The notes under the pieces are model-generated. The model had not been told where the DNA came from, ran no database searches, and saw only the letters and a program-made list of their open reading frames with translations. Shown here piece after piece: positions 51,247 to 60,574 of a stretch of 64,000 nt of DNA (its first letter is position 1; the number at the start of each line of letters is the position of its first letter). The position numbers and the translations under genes were made by a program. Origin of the DNA: an uncultured Chloroflexia bacterium (GTDB taxonomy: Bacteria > Chloroflexota > Anaerolineae > CG2-30-64-16); contig CAWEMM010000009.1 of assembly GCA_963810095.1 (NCBI GenBank), positions 352,001 through 416,000 on the forward strand, written 5' to 3'.

Positions 51247-52989
51247 TCAACTCACGCCCGGCCCTGCCGGAGCGCACTTGCCCGCGGGGCACCGGTGCTC
51301 TATCACGTGCGCCTCGTACTCGTCGCGGAAATAGCGCAGGGTTGAGAGAACCGGGTTCGGGGCGGTCTGGCCCAGGCCGCAAAGCGAGCCGGCCTGCACC
51401 GCCGCGCTCACCTCCTCCAGCAAGTCCAGGTCCGCGGGTCTGCCCTGTCCTTGCGTGATCCGCGTGAGGATTTCGCGGAGGTGCCGCGTGCCCTCGCGGC
51501 AAGCCGTGCACTTGCCGCACGACTCGGCCTGCGTGAACTCCAGGAAGTAGCGTGCGACATCTACCATGCATGCCGTCTCGTCGAGCACGACCATGCCGCC
51601 CGAGCCCATGATCGAGCCCGCCGCCTTCATGCCCTCGTAGGTGACCGGCCGGTCGAAGAGGCTGGCTGGCAGGCAGCCTCCCGACGGGCCCCCGGTTTGA
51701 ACCGCCTTGATGCGGCGGCCGTCTCGCCCACCGCCACCGATGTCCTCGAGCAGCGTCCGCAAGGGCATGCCCAGCGGCACCTCCACCAGGCCGGTGTTGG
51801 CCACCTGGCCGACGAGCGAGAACACGACCGTCCCCGCATTTGCGGGCGCGCCGATCGAAGCGTACCACTCGGCGCCTCGGGCGAGGATGACCGGGACGGT
51901 CGCCCATGTCTTGACGTTGTTGATGACCGTCGGGCGGCCCCACAGCCCGCTCTCCGCGGGATACGGCGGCTTCGGCCGGGGCTCGCCCAGTCCGCCTTCG
52001 ATGGAGGCCAGCAGCGCGGTCTCCTCGCCGCACACGAACGCGCCCGCGCCGCGTACGAGCTTGAGGCTGAAGCTAAAGCCCGAGCCGAGGATGTTCTCGC
52101 CGAGCAATCCGTTGGCTTCGGCTTGCTCGATGGCCCTGGCAAAACGCTCGACGGCGAGTGGGTACTCGTCGCGAATGTAGGCGAAGCCGAGCGTCGCGCC
52201 GGCTCCGTACGCGCCGATAATCATCCCTTCGATCACGCTGTGCGGGTCCGACTCCAGCACCGTGCGGTCCATGTAGGCGCCGGGGTCGCCCTCGTCGCCG
52301 TTGCAGACCAGGTACTTCACGTCGCCGGCCGCAATCCGGGCGAGGCGCCACTTGCGCCCCGTGGGAAAGCCCCCGCCGCCTCGCCCCCGCAGCCCAGACG
52401 CGACGATCTCGTCGACGACCTGGTCGGGGGCGACGTGTGCCAGGGTGCGCTCGAGCGCGGCGTACCCGCCCCGCGCGACGTATTCGGCCAGGCTGCCCGG
52501 GTCGACGTACCCGCAGTTCCGGAGCACGATCTTCTGCTGGCACTCGAAGAAGGGGATGGCCGCCAGCGACGCCAGGGCCGCGCTGCCCTCGGGCCTGGGG
52601 AAACGGTGCGGGGGGCCAACCGGCGGCGTGCGTTCCTCGTCGATCACGGCCCAGGCGCGTTCGGTGGGGAGATCACCCCGTGCGAGCGAGTCGACCACCG
52701 CTCGGGCAGTTGCCCGGGTGACCGACTTGTACAGAACGCGGCCGCAGCCGGGCATCCGCACGTCGACCAGCGGCTCGCCCTGGCAGTAGCCGATGCAGCC
52801 GGTAGTCGACAGGACGGCGTCGAGCCCGCGCTGCGCGATCCGCTGTGCCAACGCCTCGTAAACCGCCCCGGCGCCCGCGGCCCGGCCGCAGGTCGCCATC
52901 CCAACCGTGATCTTGATGCGATCGGGGTACAGGGTCGCGTCGCCCGTTGCGGCCAGTTCCGACAGGGTCGGGTGGACTGCCGCGTTCAT
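51247..52989 (-). CDS. NuoF/HoxF/HydB-like NADH-binding flavoprotein with N-terminal thioredoxin-like 2Fe-2S domain
   Basis: GCIGYCQGEP, GRGGGGFP, DEGDPGAYMD, GAFVCGEET, GGPSGG and ESCGKCTACREG. Confidence 0.9.
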   Translation of the reverse strand: MNAAVHPTLSELAATGDATLYPDRIKITVGMATCGRAAGAGAVYEALAQRIAQRGLDAVLSTTGCIGYCQGEPLVDVRMPGCGRVLYKSVTRATARAVVDSLARGDLPTERAWAVIDEERTPPVGPPHRFPRPEGSAALASLAAIPFFECQQKIVLRNCGYVDPGSLAEYVARGGYAALERTLAHVAPDQVVDEIVASGLRGRGGGGFPTGRKWRLARIAAGDVKYLVCNGDEGDPGAYMDRTVLESDPHSVIEGMIIGAYGAGATLGFAYIRDEYPLAVERFARAIEQAEANGLLGENILGSGFSFSLKLVRGAGAFVCGEETALLASIEGGLGEPRPKPPYPAESGLWGRPTVINNVKTWATVPVILARGAEWYASIGAPANAGTVVFSLVGQVANTGLVEVPLGMPLRTLLEDIGGGGRDGRRIKAVQTGGPSGGCLPASLFDRPVTYEGMKAAGSIMGSGGMVVLDETACMVDVARYFLEFTQAESCGKCTACREGTRHLREILTRITQGQGRPADLDLLEEVSAAVQAGSLCGLGQTAPNPVLSTLRYFRDEYEAHVIEHRCPAGKCAPAGPGVS

Positions 52990-53426
52990 CGCCGGTACCT
53001 GGCCAGGATCTCGTCCAGCCCGCTGGGCGTGAGCTGTCCGTACGTATCCTCGTCGACGCGGACCACCGGCGCCAGCCCGCACGAGCCCACGCAGCGCACG
53101 CGCTTGAGCGTGAATTCGTTGTCCGCCGTCGTTTGGTCGGGGCCGATGCCGAGGCCCGCCTCGAGCCGTGCCAGCAGCTCGGCCGAGCCCCGCACGTAGC
53201 ACGCCGTGCCCTCGCACACGTGGATCTTGTGCCTGCCGCAGGGGCGGAACGTGAATGCGGCATAGAACGAGGCCGCGCTCACCATTTGGCTCAGCGGCAC
53301 GCCCAACTCGGACGCCGCGGCGCGCACCGCCTCGACGGGCAAGTAACCGTGCTGCGCCGTGATCTCGTGGAGCGCGGCCAGGACGGCGCCCGGTTCAGGT
53401 ATCTGGTAGGCCTGGCTTGGGAGCAT
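52986..53426 (-). CDS. NuoE/HoxE/HydC-like 2Fe-2S subunit
   Basis: ASFY, VCEGTACYVRG and CVGSCGLAP. Confidence 0.9.
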   Translation of the reverse strand: MLPSQAYQIPEPGAVLAALHEITAQHGYLPVEAVRAAASELGVPLSQMVSAASFYAAFTFRPCGRHKIHVCEGTACYVRGSAELLARLEAGLGIGPDQTTADNEFTLKRVRCVGSCGLAPVVRVDEDTYGQLTPSGLDEILARYRR

Positions 53427-53443
53427 GGAAGGCCTCCTGGTGG

Positions 53444-55183
53444 CTATGGGTTCATCTCATACTGTCCGGCCAGCCCATACACGGAGCCGCGCCACACCCG
53501 GTCGAAACGCGCCGGGTTCGCGACCGGCTTGCGGACCATCTTCAGGCACAGTTCCATCTGCGCCGCGGTGCTGCTCGGCTTGCCGTAGAGCTGCACGGCG
53601 TACTTCGAAAAGTCGCGCACCATGAAATCGAAGATCTGGTCGACGGTGTCGCCGTCAATCGCGTAGAGCCTGGCGTTTTCGAGGACCAACTGGCCGTAGA
53701 CCACCAACGTGAACAGCTCGCCCAGCGCCAGCAGGAAGTCTGTGTCCTGTTGCTGCGCGTCGCTGGGTGTGGCCGTGGCCAGGAGCGTCTTGAGCGCCCG
53801 GATCTGCTCCTTGAAGACGGCTGTATTGGGGACGTCGTACAGGTCATAGGCCGGGCCGTAGTCGTGGAAACGGATTTTGCCCAGGCCGTGCGCCGGCCCC
53901 TGGTCGAACAGGAAGTCGTCGTTGCGGGGCTCGTTTACCGTCGGCACGGGCGGATACTCGGCCGGTGCGAAGAAGTAGTTCGCCATGAACTTGACGATCA
54001 GGGCGATGTTGACGTGCACCGTGCCCTCGAGCTTGGGCAGCGCCCGGATGTCGCGGGCCGCCATCTCGAAATACATGTCCCGCTCGAAGCCCTTGGCTGC
54101 GATGACGTCCCACAGCAGGTTGATAACCTCCTCCCCCTGGGTGGTCACCTTCATCTTGACGGTCGGGTTATAGAGCAGGTAGCGCCGGTCGAGGGGCGAC
54201 GCGACCCGCATATAGTCGGCGGCCCGCAGCGCAAACAGCTTCATCGCCAGCAGCCGGGCATACGCGTCGGTGAACATCTGGCGCACGTGGGGGAAGTCGG
54301 TGACTGACATGCCGTAGAGGCGCCGGCCCGCTGCATGGTTGATTGCTTCGTAGAGCGCGTGCGTGCAGATGCCGATCGAGGCCCACCCCAGGTTGTACTT
54401 CCCGATGTTCACCGTGTTCAGCGCGGCGTCCCAGGCCGCATCGCCCCGGGAGAGGATATCGGCCTCCGTTACCGGATAGTCGCGCAGGGCGAAGTTCGCA
54501 ACGTAGTTCTGGCTGTCGGTCACATTTGCGATCAGGTCGTAGCCCCGGTTGCGGTAGTCGGCTGCAAAGAAGACGTACTCGCCCGTTCCGGCCAGCTTGC
54601 CGAAGGTCGACACCATGGGCGCAGCGTTGCCGTTGCCGATGTAGTACTTCTCGCCGTTCGCCAGATAGGTTCCATCGGACTGCGGCGTCAGGCACATCTC
54701 GGTCGAGTAGACGTCCGCGCCGTGCGCTCGCTCAGAGAGGCCGAACGCGAAAACCTCGCCTTCCTTCAGCAGCCGGGCCGCCCTGCGCTTGGCGTCCTCG
54801 TTGCGGCTCTGCCAGATGGGGCCAAGGCCCAGGATCGACACCTGCCACGTATACCAGTAGGCCAGCCCGTAGAAGCCGAGGATTTCGTTGAACTCGCAGA
54901 TGCGCCAGGTGTCCCAGCGGGCGTGCGGCCCACCATAGCTCGCGGGCGTCAGCAGGTCCGCGAACAGCCCGGCGCGCTTCTGGAACTCGATGAAGTCGGC
55001 GTACCACACCCGCTTCTGGTCGTCGGCCTTGAGCCGGCGCTTGCCCTTATCTTCGAAAAACGCGATCGTCTCGCGCATGATCTCGGACGAGCGCTCGTCA
55101 GGGTAGGGCCGGGTATGCGCCTTGGGATTGAGCAGGAGCGCACCACCCGTTAATGGCGCACCATTGGTAAATGGCGTAGTCAT
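53444..55183 (-). CDS. Acyl-CoA dehydrogenase
   Basis: AFGLSERAHGAD, ANGEKYYIGN, TVNIGK and PKLEGTVHVN; start overlaps the cooS stop (ATGA). Confidence 0.88.
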   Translation of the reverse strand: MTTPFTNGAPLTGGALLLNPKAHTRPYPDERSSEIMRETIAFFEDKGKRRLKADDQKRVWYADFIEFQKRAGLFADLLTPASYGGPHARWDTWRICEFNEILGFYGLAYWYTWQVSILGLGPIWQSRNEDAKRRAARLLKEGEVFAFGLSERAHGADVYSTEMCLTPQSDGTYLANGEKYYIGNGNAAPMVSTFGKLAGTGEYVFFAADYRNRGYDLIANVTDSQNYVANFALRDYPVTEADILSRGDAAWDAALNTVNIGKYNLGWASIGICTHALYEAINHAAGRRLYGMSVTDFPHVRQMFTDAYARLLAMKLFALRAADYMRVASPLDRRYLLYNPTVKMKVTTQGEEVINLLWDVIAAKGFERDMYFEMAARDIRALPKLEGTVHVNIALIVKFMANYFFAPAEYPPVPTVNEPRNDDFLFDQGPAHGLGKIRFHDYGPAYDLYDVPNTAVFKEQIRALKTLLATATPSDAQQQDTDFLLALGELFTLVVYGQLVLENARLYAIDGDTVDQIFDFMVRDFSKYAVQLYGKPSSTAAQMELCLKMVRKPVANPARFDRVWRGSVYGLAGQYEMNP

Positions 55184-57078
55184 ATCCCCAGCCCCGCCCG
55201 CCGTTCCTTGAGCGCCATAACCAGCTTCTGCGCCGCGCAGATCGGGTCCGGCTCGACGATGAAGTAGCCGCCGAGCAGGTCCTTGGCAGTCTGCGTCAGC
55301 ACTTTGACTACGAGCGGGCTGCCGGTGACCGGCGGCACCACGCCGACATGGGTCGGCAGGCCCAGGGCGACGGCCCAGGTGCCGATCGAGACGGCCTTTT
55401 CCATCGCGGCCTCGGGCGCGGTGGCCACCACGGGGAGCTGGCTCACATCCACGCCGAGCTTGTTCGCGAGCGCGGTGGCGATGGCGGCGGCCCGGGTGTT
55501 GTCCACGCACGAACCCGTGTGCAAAGTCATCGGGAGGGGCGCGCCCAGGCCCGCGGCGTTGCCCAGCGCCGTCAGCACCGCCTTCAACCCGGGGCCGGCG
55601 TATTTCTCGGTGGCAGCCGGGGTCATCAAGCCGTGGCGTGCGAAGGTGCCGGCCGCGCAGCCCGTGCAGAGGATCAGCACGTTCTCGCGGACGAGTTCCT
55701 TCACGAGCGTCACGAAGGTCTTGTCCTGCGTGATCTTCACGTCGTTGCAGCCCGCGAACAGGCACACGCCCAGGATATTGCCGTTGACGATGTTGTCGAT
55801 CAGCGGCTTCAGCGGGTCGGCCGGGTCGACCAGGGACAACACCTTCACGATGGTTTCGACGGACATGCCGGCGAGCGCGTCGTTGGTGACGGGCGGGATA
55901 TTGATTTTGTTTGGATCCCGACGACCGTATGCCTCGATGGCGAGCCGCAGGATGTCTTGCGCCCGTTCGCCGGCGTGCGCCTCGTCGAACTCGACGTGCG
56001 TCGCGCCGGGGATCTTCGCAATGGACATGGTGGTGACGATCGCCGTGTGATAGCGCTTCGCGACCTCGGGCAGGCTGGGCATGATGCACTGGTAGTCGAC
56101 GACGGCCGCGTCGAGCGCGCCCGTCACGATGGCCAACTCTTGCGAGAGCGAGTTCGTCGCGCTCGGAATGCCGTGGCGCATCATCACCTCGTTGCCCGTA
56201 CAGCAGATGCCGACGATGTTGAATCCTTCGGGCGCGCCTGCCGCGACGGCCGCGTCCTTCATTCGGGCGGCTTCGGCGACGATGATTTCGCTGAGCACGG
56301 GGTTGTGGCCGTGCACGGCAACGTTGACCGCGTCCGCTTTCAGGCAGCCGAGATTAGCGCGGGCCATGACGGGCGCCGGCGTGCCGAAGAGGATGTCTGA
56401 CAGATCGGTGGCCAGGTACATGCCCGTGTAGTCGCCGACCGCGCACTTGATCGCGCCGAGCAGGATATTTACCGGGTCGGCGTCGACGCCGTTGGTTGTC
56501 CGGTGCATGACCTCGGCGACGGCCGAATCGAGGCCGGGCGGAACCAGCCCGAACTGCTCCAGCTTTGCAAAGCGCTGGGCGGTGACCGTGGTTTTGAGCC
56601 AGACTGGGGGCGTCTCGCGTTCGGAGAACTCGTCGAGCGCCAGCCGGGCTAACTCGCCGGCGAGGGCTTGATCGCTCTTGCCGTCCCTGGCAATGCCGAC
56701 TCGGGCGAGCACGGCGGCGAACTTGTCTTGGTCTTTGATGCCGTAGTCGGGCGCTTCCCCCCGGCTCCACTTGAGCAGGGTGTGCGCCAGGTGCTTGGCG
56801 TGGGCCGAGTGGGACGATGTGCCGCCGGCAATGCTCCGGGCCAGGCCGCGGGCGACGATGGTGTCGGCGTTCGCGCCGCAGATGCCGAGCTGAGGGCCGG
56901 TCGTGCCGAACGGGTCGATGCGACACGGCCCTTGCAGGCAGTGGCGGCAGCAGAGCCCTGTCTCACCGAAGCCGCACTGGGGCAACTGCGCCTCGTAGCG
57001 ATCCCAGGCCAAGTTGATTCCCGCCGATTGCGCGGACTTGAGCATGAGGATGGAATCGGGACTGATCGAGCGTTCCAT
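55180..57078 (-). CDS. cooS: Anaerobic Ni-Fe carbon monoxide dehydrogenase catalytic subunit
   Basis: CGFGETGLCCRHCLQGPC, GICG, HSAH, HGHNP, ICCTGNE, DYQCIMP, AGCN, TGC, GSCVDN and EKAVSIG all present. Confidence 0.96.
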   Translation of the reverse strand: MERSISPDSILMLKSAQSAGINLAWDRYEAQLPQCGFGETGLCCRHCLQGPCRIDPFGTTGPQLGICGANADTIVARGLARSIAGGTSSHSAHAKHLAHTLLKWSRGEAPDYGIKDQDKFAAVLARVGIARDGKSDQALAGELARLALDEFSERETPPVWLKTTVTAQRFAKLEQFGLVPPGLDSAVAEVMHRTTNGVDADPVNILLGAIKCAVGDYTGMYLATDLSDILFGTPAPVMARANLGCLKADAVNVAVHGHNPVLSEIIVAEAARMKDAAVAAGAPEGFNIVGICCTGNEVMMRHGIPSATNSLSQELAIVTGALDAAVVDYQCIMPSLPEVAKRYHTAIVTTMSIAKIPGATHVEFDEAHAGERAQDILRLAIEAYGRRDPNKINIPPVTNDALAGMSVETIVKVLSLVDPADPLKPLIDNIVNGNILGVCLFAGCNDVKITQDKTFVTLVKELVRENVLILCTGCAAGTFARHGLMTPAATEKYAGPGLKAVLTALGNAAGLGAPLPMTLHTGSCVDNTRAAAIATALANKLGVDVSQLPVVATAPEAAMEKAVSIGTWAVALGLPTHVGVVPPVTGSPLVVKVLTQTAKDLLGGYFIVEPDPICAAQKLVMALKERRAGLGI

Positions 57079-57092
57079 TCGTTTGCCTCCGG

Positions 57093-57671
57093 TCAGCTAT
57101 TCTCTTGGGCGCTGAGAAGCACATCCTCGCGCACCTGCCGCGCCGACGCCAGCACCTCACCGGCGCGCTCGCGCGACGCCCGTGCAAAGTCGTCGCCTTC
57201 CTGGAAGAGGAGAGCGCCCGTGGGGCACGCCGACACGCAGGCCGGCACGGGGCGATCGGGACACAGGTCGCACTTGACGGCCATGACCCGGGAGCCGGCC
57301 GGCGCATTGGCATCGGTGACCGCGGCCCGGCCGATCATGCCGAACGGGCAGGTCATCACGCACATGCCGCACGCGATACACGCGTGCTTGCCGCCGGCAT
57401 TGGTGACTTCGTCGCGCGGGCCGCGATGCATCACTTGCGGAATGCACGCGGCGATGCACGGCGCGGGATCACAGTGGCGGCAGGTCATGGGTAGCTTGGT
57501 GACTTCGAAGGGGGCAGCGGCGACGGCGTGGACGTAAATGCGGGTGTGCGGCGGGGGCGACTCAATCATGGCCCCCAGGAGGTTTTGGCTGCTGGAGTGC
57601 GCGACAGCGCAAGCCAGCTCGCAGGTTTTGCAGCCTGTGCAAAGCTCAGGACGGACGAAGAGTTTCTTCAT
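57093..57671 (-). CDS. cooF: CooF-like 4Fe-4S ferredoxin subunit
   Basis: CTGCKTCELAC, CRHCDPAPCIAAC, CIACGMCVMTCP and KCDLC...CVSACP; directly upstream of cooS. Confidence 0.9.
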   Translation of the reverse strand: MKKLFVRPELCTGCKTCELACAVAHSSSQNLLGAMIESPPPHTRIYVHAVAAAPFEVTKLPMTCRHCDPAPCIAACIPQVMHRGPRDEVTNAGGKHACIACGMCVMTCPFGMIGRAAVTDANAPAGSRVMAVKCDLCPDRPVPACVSACPTGALLFQEGDDFARASRERAGEVLASARQVREDVLLSAQENS

Positions 57672-57789
57672 TGACAACCCTCCTGTGAACGCGGTGCGGG
57701 CTTCGTTGGCGAAGCGCGCACGATAGAGGCGGAGGACGCCGGTCGGAGGAATGGTTCACAGCACAGTCAGTGTGCGATTGTCTGGCAGG

Positions 57790-57818
57790 AGTATACTGCA
57801 GGTTTTTAGAGCGGGCAA
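57790..57818 (-). promoter_or_regulatory. Candidate promoter of the coo operon
   Basis: Minus-strand TTGCCC-N17-TATACT. Confidence 0.5.
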
Positions 57819-57870
57819 AGGCGCGTTGATAGGCAGAGGTGATGACGGTGCGGGCCGCGCCCGTCACGCA

Positions 57871-58177
57871 TCAAGCATAGCCGGTCACCTCGTAATGCAG
57901 GACCCCCGGCTCGAACTCCAGCAGGTAGCCGGCATCCTCGGGATAGTACTTCGCGGCGGAAGGATCGTCACCCGCAAAGGCCCGGATCGACGCCAGGTTC
58001 TCCCAGAATGTGAGCGTGACGAAGTGCGTGACGTCTCCCTCCTCCCGCTCCAGAATGTAGGCGTTCATGTTCCCGGGGATGGACCGGTAGTCGGGGAGCG
58101 CCCACTGGATGAGGAATTGGCGGTACTCGGCCGCCTTCGCCTTCGCGAACGCGCCCATGCCACATGCGCATGATCAT
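57871..58177 (-). CDS. Antibiotic-biosynthesis-monooxygenase-like small protein (frameshift near 5' end)
   Basis: MIMRMWHG start in one frame; HFVTLTFWENLASIRAFAG..AKYYPED in the other. Confidence 0.7.
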
Positions 58178-58300
58178 CTTAACCTCCCCCGGCCCGTATC
58201 GAAGGCTTGCGCTGCCGCCGGCCTTCGGGTTGTCGCTTTCCCCTAGACCACTATACTACGGACGGCGCGTCGAAGTCCACTCGGGTTTACCTGTTCCCGG

Positions 58301-59153
58301 TCACGCGCGCTCCGCGACAAATGCCACGCCCAGCATCCCCGTGCCGGTGTGCACTGACAGCCCCGCGGTGAGGCCGGTGAAGATGATCTCAGGGCAGGGC
58401 AAGGTCGCGCTCAGCGTCTCGGCAAACGCCTTCGCCTCGTCCAGGGCGTCGACGTGCACGACCGCCAGCCGCTCGATGCGGCGCTCGCCGAGCGTGCTCT
58501 TGGTCAGTTCCACCACTCGGGCCAGCGCCTTGCTGCGGGTGCGCACCTTTTCCAGCAGGTCGAGCTTGCCGTCGCGCAGCGTCAGCACCGGCTTGACCCC
58601 GAGCAAGTTGCCCATGCCCGCGGCCAGGTAACCCACCCGGCCGCTCATGGCGAGATACTTGAGCGTGGCGAGCGCCCCGTACACGTACGCCCGCTGCCCC
58701 ACGTCGCGCGCCGCTCCGACAACCTGCTCGACCGTCGCGCCCGCCTGCGCGGCCTCAGCTGCGGCGAGGCACATGAAACCCTGCGCCATCGTCACGCTCT
58801 GCGTGTCCAGCACCACGATCTGGCATTCGGGCAGCAGATCGCGCGCAGCCAGCGCCGCGTTGAAGGTCGCGCTCGATGGCCGAGCTGACGCAAAGGCACA
58901 CGATCGCATCCGCGCCCCCGGCAATGGCGTCCTGGAACGCCTGGAGGAACTGCCCAACGCTGGGGGCCGATGTGGTGGGCAGCTTGCCCTCCCGGTCGAC
59001 CCGCGCGAACAGTTCGGCGTCGCTGATGTCGACCTCGGTGAGGAAGCTCTCCTGTCCGAAGAGGACGCTGATCGGCACCTGCCGGATGCCGTATTGGGCG
59101 GCCAGGCCAGCGGGAAGGCTAGCGTCGGTATCCGTCACGATGGCGATCTTCAT
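58301..59153 (-). CDS. DegV-family fatty-acid-binding protein (frameshift near 58875)
   Basis: KIAIVTD, PTTSAPS, LKYLAMSGR, VKPVL and SVHTG. Confidence 0.88.
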
Positions 59154-59331
59154 AATTCCTCCAGGCCCGATGAAAAACACGAGTGGGCGCAGTCCCCGAT
59201 TGAGAAGCATGGGAACGCTGCTCGTGGATAGATTGTATCATACCTCCGGGCAAAGGCAGCGCGCGGGCTCGTGGTGGGCGCCGCCCACGCGCCTCGTCGC
59301 TGCTAATGGAAGTGGCACAGCGGGGGAAAAC

Positions 59332-59359
59332 AAAAAAACCCCACCGTAAAGGTGAGGTT
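59332..59359 (-). terminator. Intrinsic terminator downstream of tRNA-Asp
   Basis: Minus strand AACCTCACC-TTTAC-GGTGGGGTT followed by a T-run. Confidence 0.65.
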
Positions 59360-59377
59360 ACGGGCTTACGCCCAGAA

Positions 59378-59450
59378 CGGGGACGACGGGGCTCGAACCC
59401 GCGATCTTCGGCTTGACAGGCCGACATGTTGACCACTACACTACGTCCCC
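59378..59450 (-). tRNA. tRNA-Asp(GTC), CCA not encoded
   Basis: GGGGACG acceptor stem pairs with CGTCCCC; anticodon loop CTGTCAA; T-loop GGTTCGAGCC. Confidence 0.95.
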
Positions 59451-59557
59451 AGTTGTCTGACCGCTCACGTCTTTGTGACCGCCGACACTCTGTTTATATC
59501 ATACCCCCATTTAACCGTCAAATTACGCACCCGGTTCTCTTGTCAGGGGAGTGTTCA

Positions 59558-60469
59558 TTGCTTGCAACCTATGCCGGCGAACTCGCCGCGCTCGCCGCGG
59601 CGACGCTGTGGGTCTTCTCTTCGCTCTTCTTCACCATCGGCGGCCGGCGGGTCGGCGCGTTTGCCGTCAACCGGATGCGCCTGGTCTTTGCCGTCCTGCT
59701 GGTCGGGACCGCGCACTGGCTGATCTACGGGCAGCCCTTCCCCACCGGTGCACCGCCGTACCGGGTCTTCTGGCTCGGTCTGTCCGCGATCGTGGGGCTG
59801 GTCATCGGCGACACCCTGCTGTTCCAGTGCTACGTGCTGGTGGGCACGCGCATCGGGGTGCTCATGTTCGTCCTCGGACCGCCGTTCGGCGCGCTGCTCA
59901 GCTGGCTTTTCCTTGGCGAGAGCATGGCGCCAATTGAGTTGGTCGCGATGGCGTTGGTCCTCGGCGGCGTGCTGTGGGTCGTGCTCGAGCGGCAGGCAGG
60001 CATGAGCGAAACGCCGGCCGCCCGCCGGAACTACGCGCTGGGCATCCTCTTCGGCGTCCTGGCTCAACTGTGCCAACAGGCTAACCTGGTCATGTCCAAG
60101 CAGGGGCTCGCGGGCGGTTATCCCGCCCTCTCAGGCGTGATGATCCGCATGGTCACCGGCATGATTGCGATCTGGCTGCTCGCCATCGTCCAGCGCGAGG
60201 CGCTGCACACCATTCGCCAGGTCCGCGCGGACGGTCGGGCGGCCGGGGCCATCTTCGGGGGCGCGTTCTCCGGTCCGTTCCTCGGCGTATGGATGTCGAT
60301 GATCGCGGTGCAGTCCTCGCGCATCGGCGTCGCCTCCACCCTGATGGCACTGACGCCGGTGATATCCTTGCCGGTGGTTCACTTCGTGTTGAAGGAGCGC
60401 ATCTCGCCTCGCGCCATCTTTGGAACGCTGGTGGCCATGTCAGGCGTGGCGCTGATGGTACTGCACTAG
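59558..60469 (+). CDS. DMT/EamA-family transporter
   Basis: Multi-TM pattern, GELAALAAATLW, LVIGDTLLF, FLGE and VLKERIS; start inferred at TTG 59558. Confidence 0.85.
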   Translation: MLATYAGELAALAAATLWVFSSLFFTIGGRRVGAFAVNRMRLVFAVLLVGTAHWLIYGQPFPTGAPPYRVFWLGLSAIVGLVIGDTLLFQCYVLVGTRIGVLMFVLGPPFGALLSWLFLGESMAPIELVAMALVLGGVLWVVLERQAGMSETPAARRNYALGILFGVLAQLCQQANLVMSKQGLAGGYPALSGVMIRMVTGMIAIWLLAIVQREALHTIRQVRADGRAAGAIFGGAFSGPFLGVWMSMIAVQSSRIGVASTLMALTPVISLPVVHFVLKERISPRAIFGTLVAMSGVALMVLH

Positions 60470-60574
60470 GGCACGCGCTTCCCGCTTCAGGACGAATTGC
60501 CCATTGATTCCCGTGCCAAAATGCACTATGATCTTGGCTGAGGGGAATTGGACCCCAACGAGAGGAAGTGCAGT

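Noticed and set aside
45166-53199. Long antisense ORFs (e.g. 45166..47082 +, 51451..53199 +)
   Set aside because: Shadow ORFs typical of high-GC DNA, lying opposite better-supported genes
53444-56089. 881-aa ORF as an extended acyl-CoA dehydrogenase
   Set aside because: The N-terminal 300 aa are an alternative frame of cooS; the real start is ATG 55183
59378-59450. tRNA-Asp as an integration site for a genomic island
   Set aside because: No integrase and no duplicated tRNA 3' end noticed in the window
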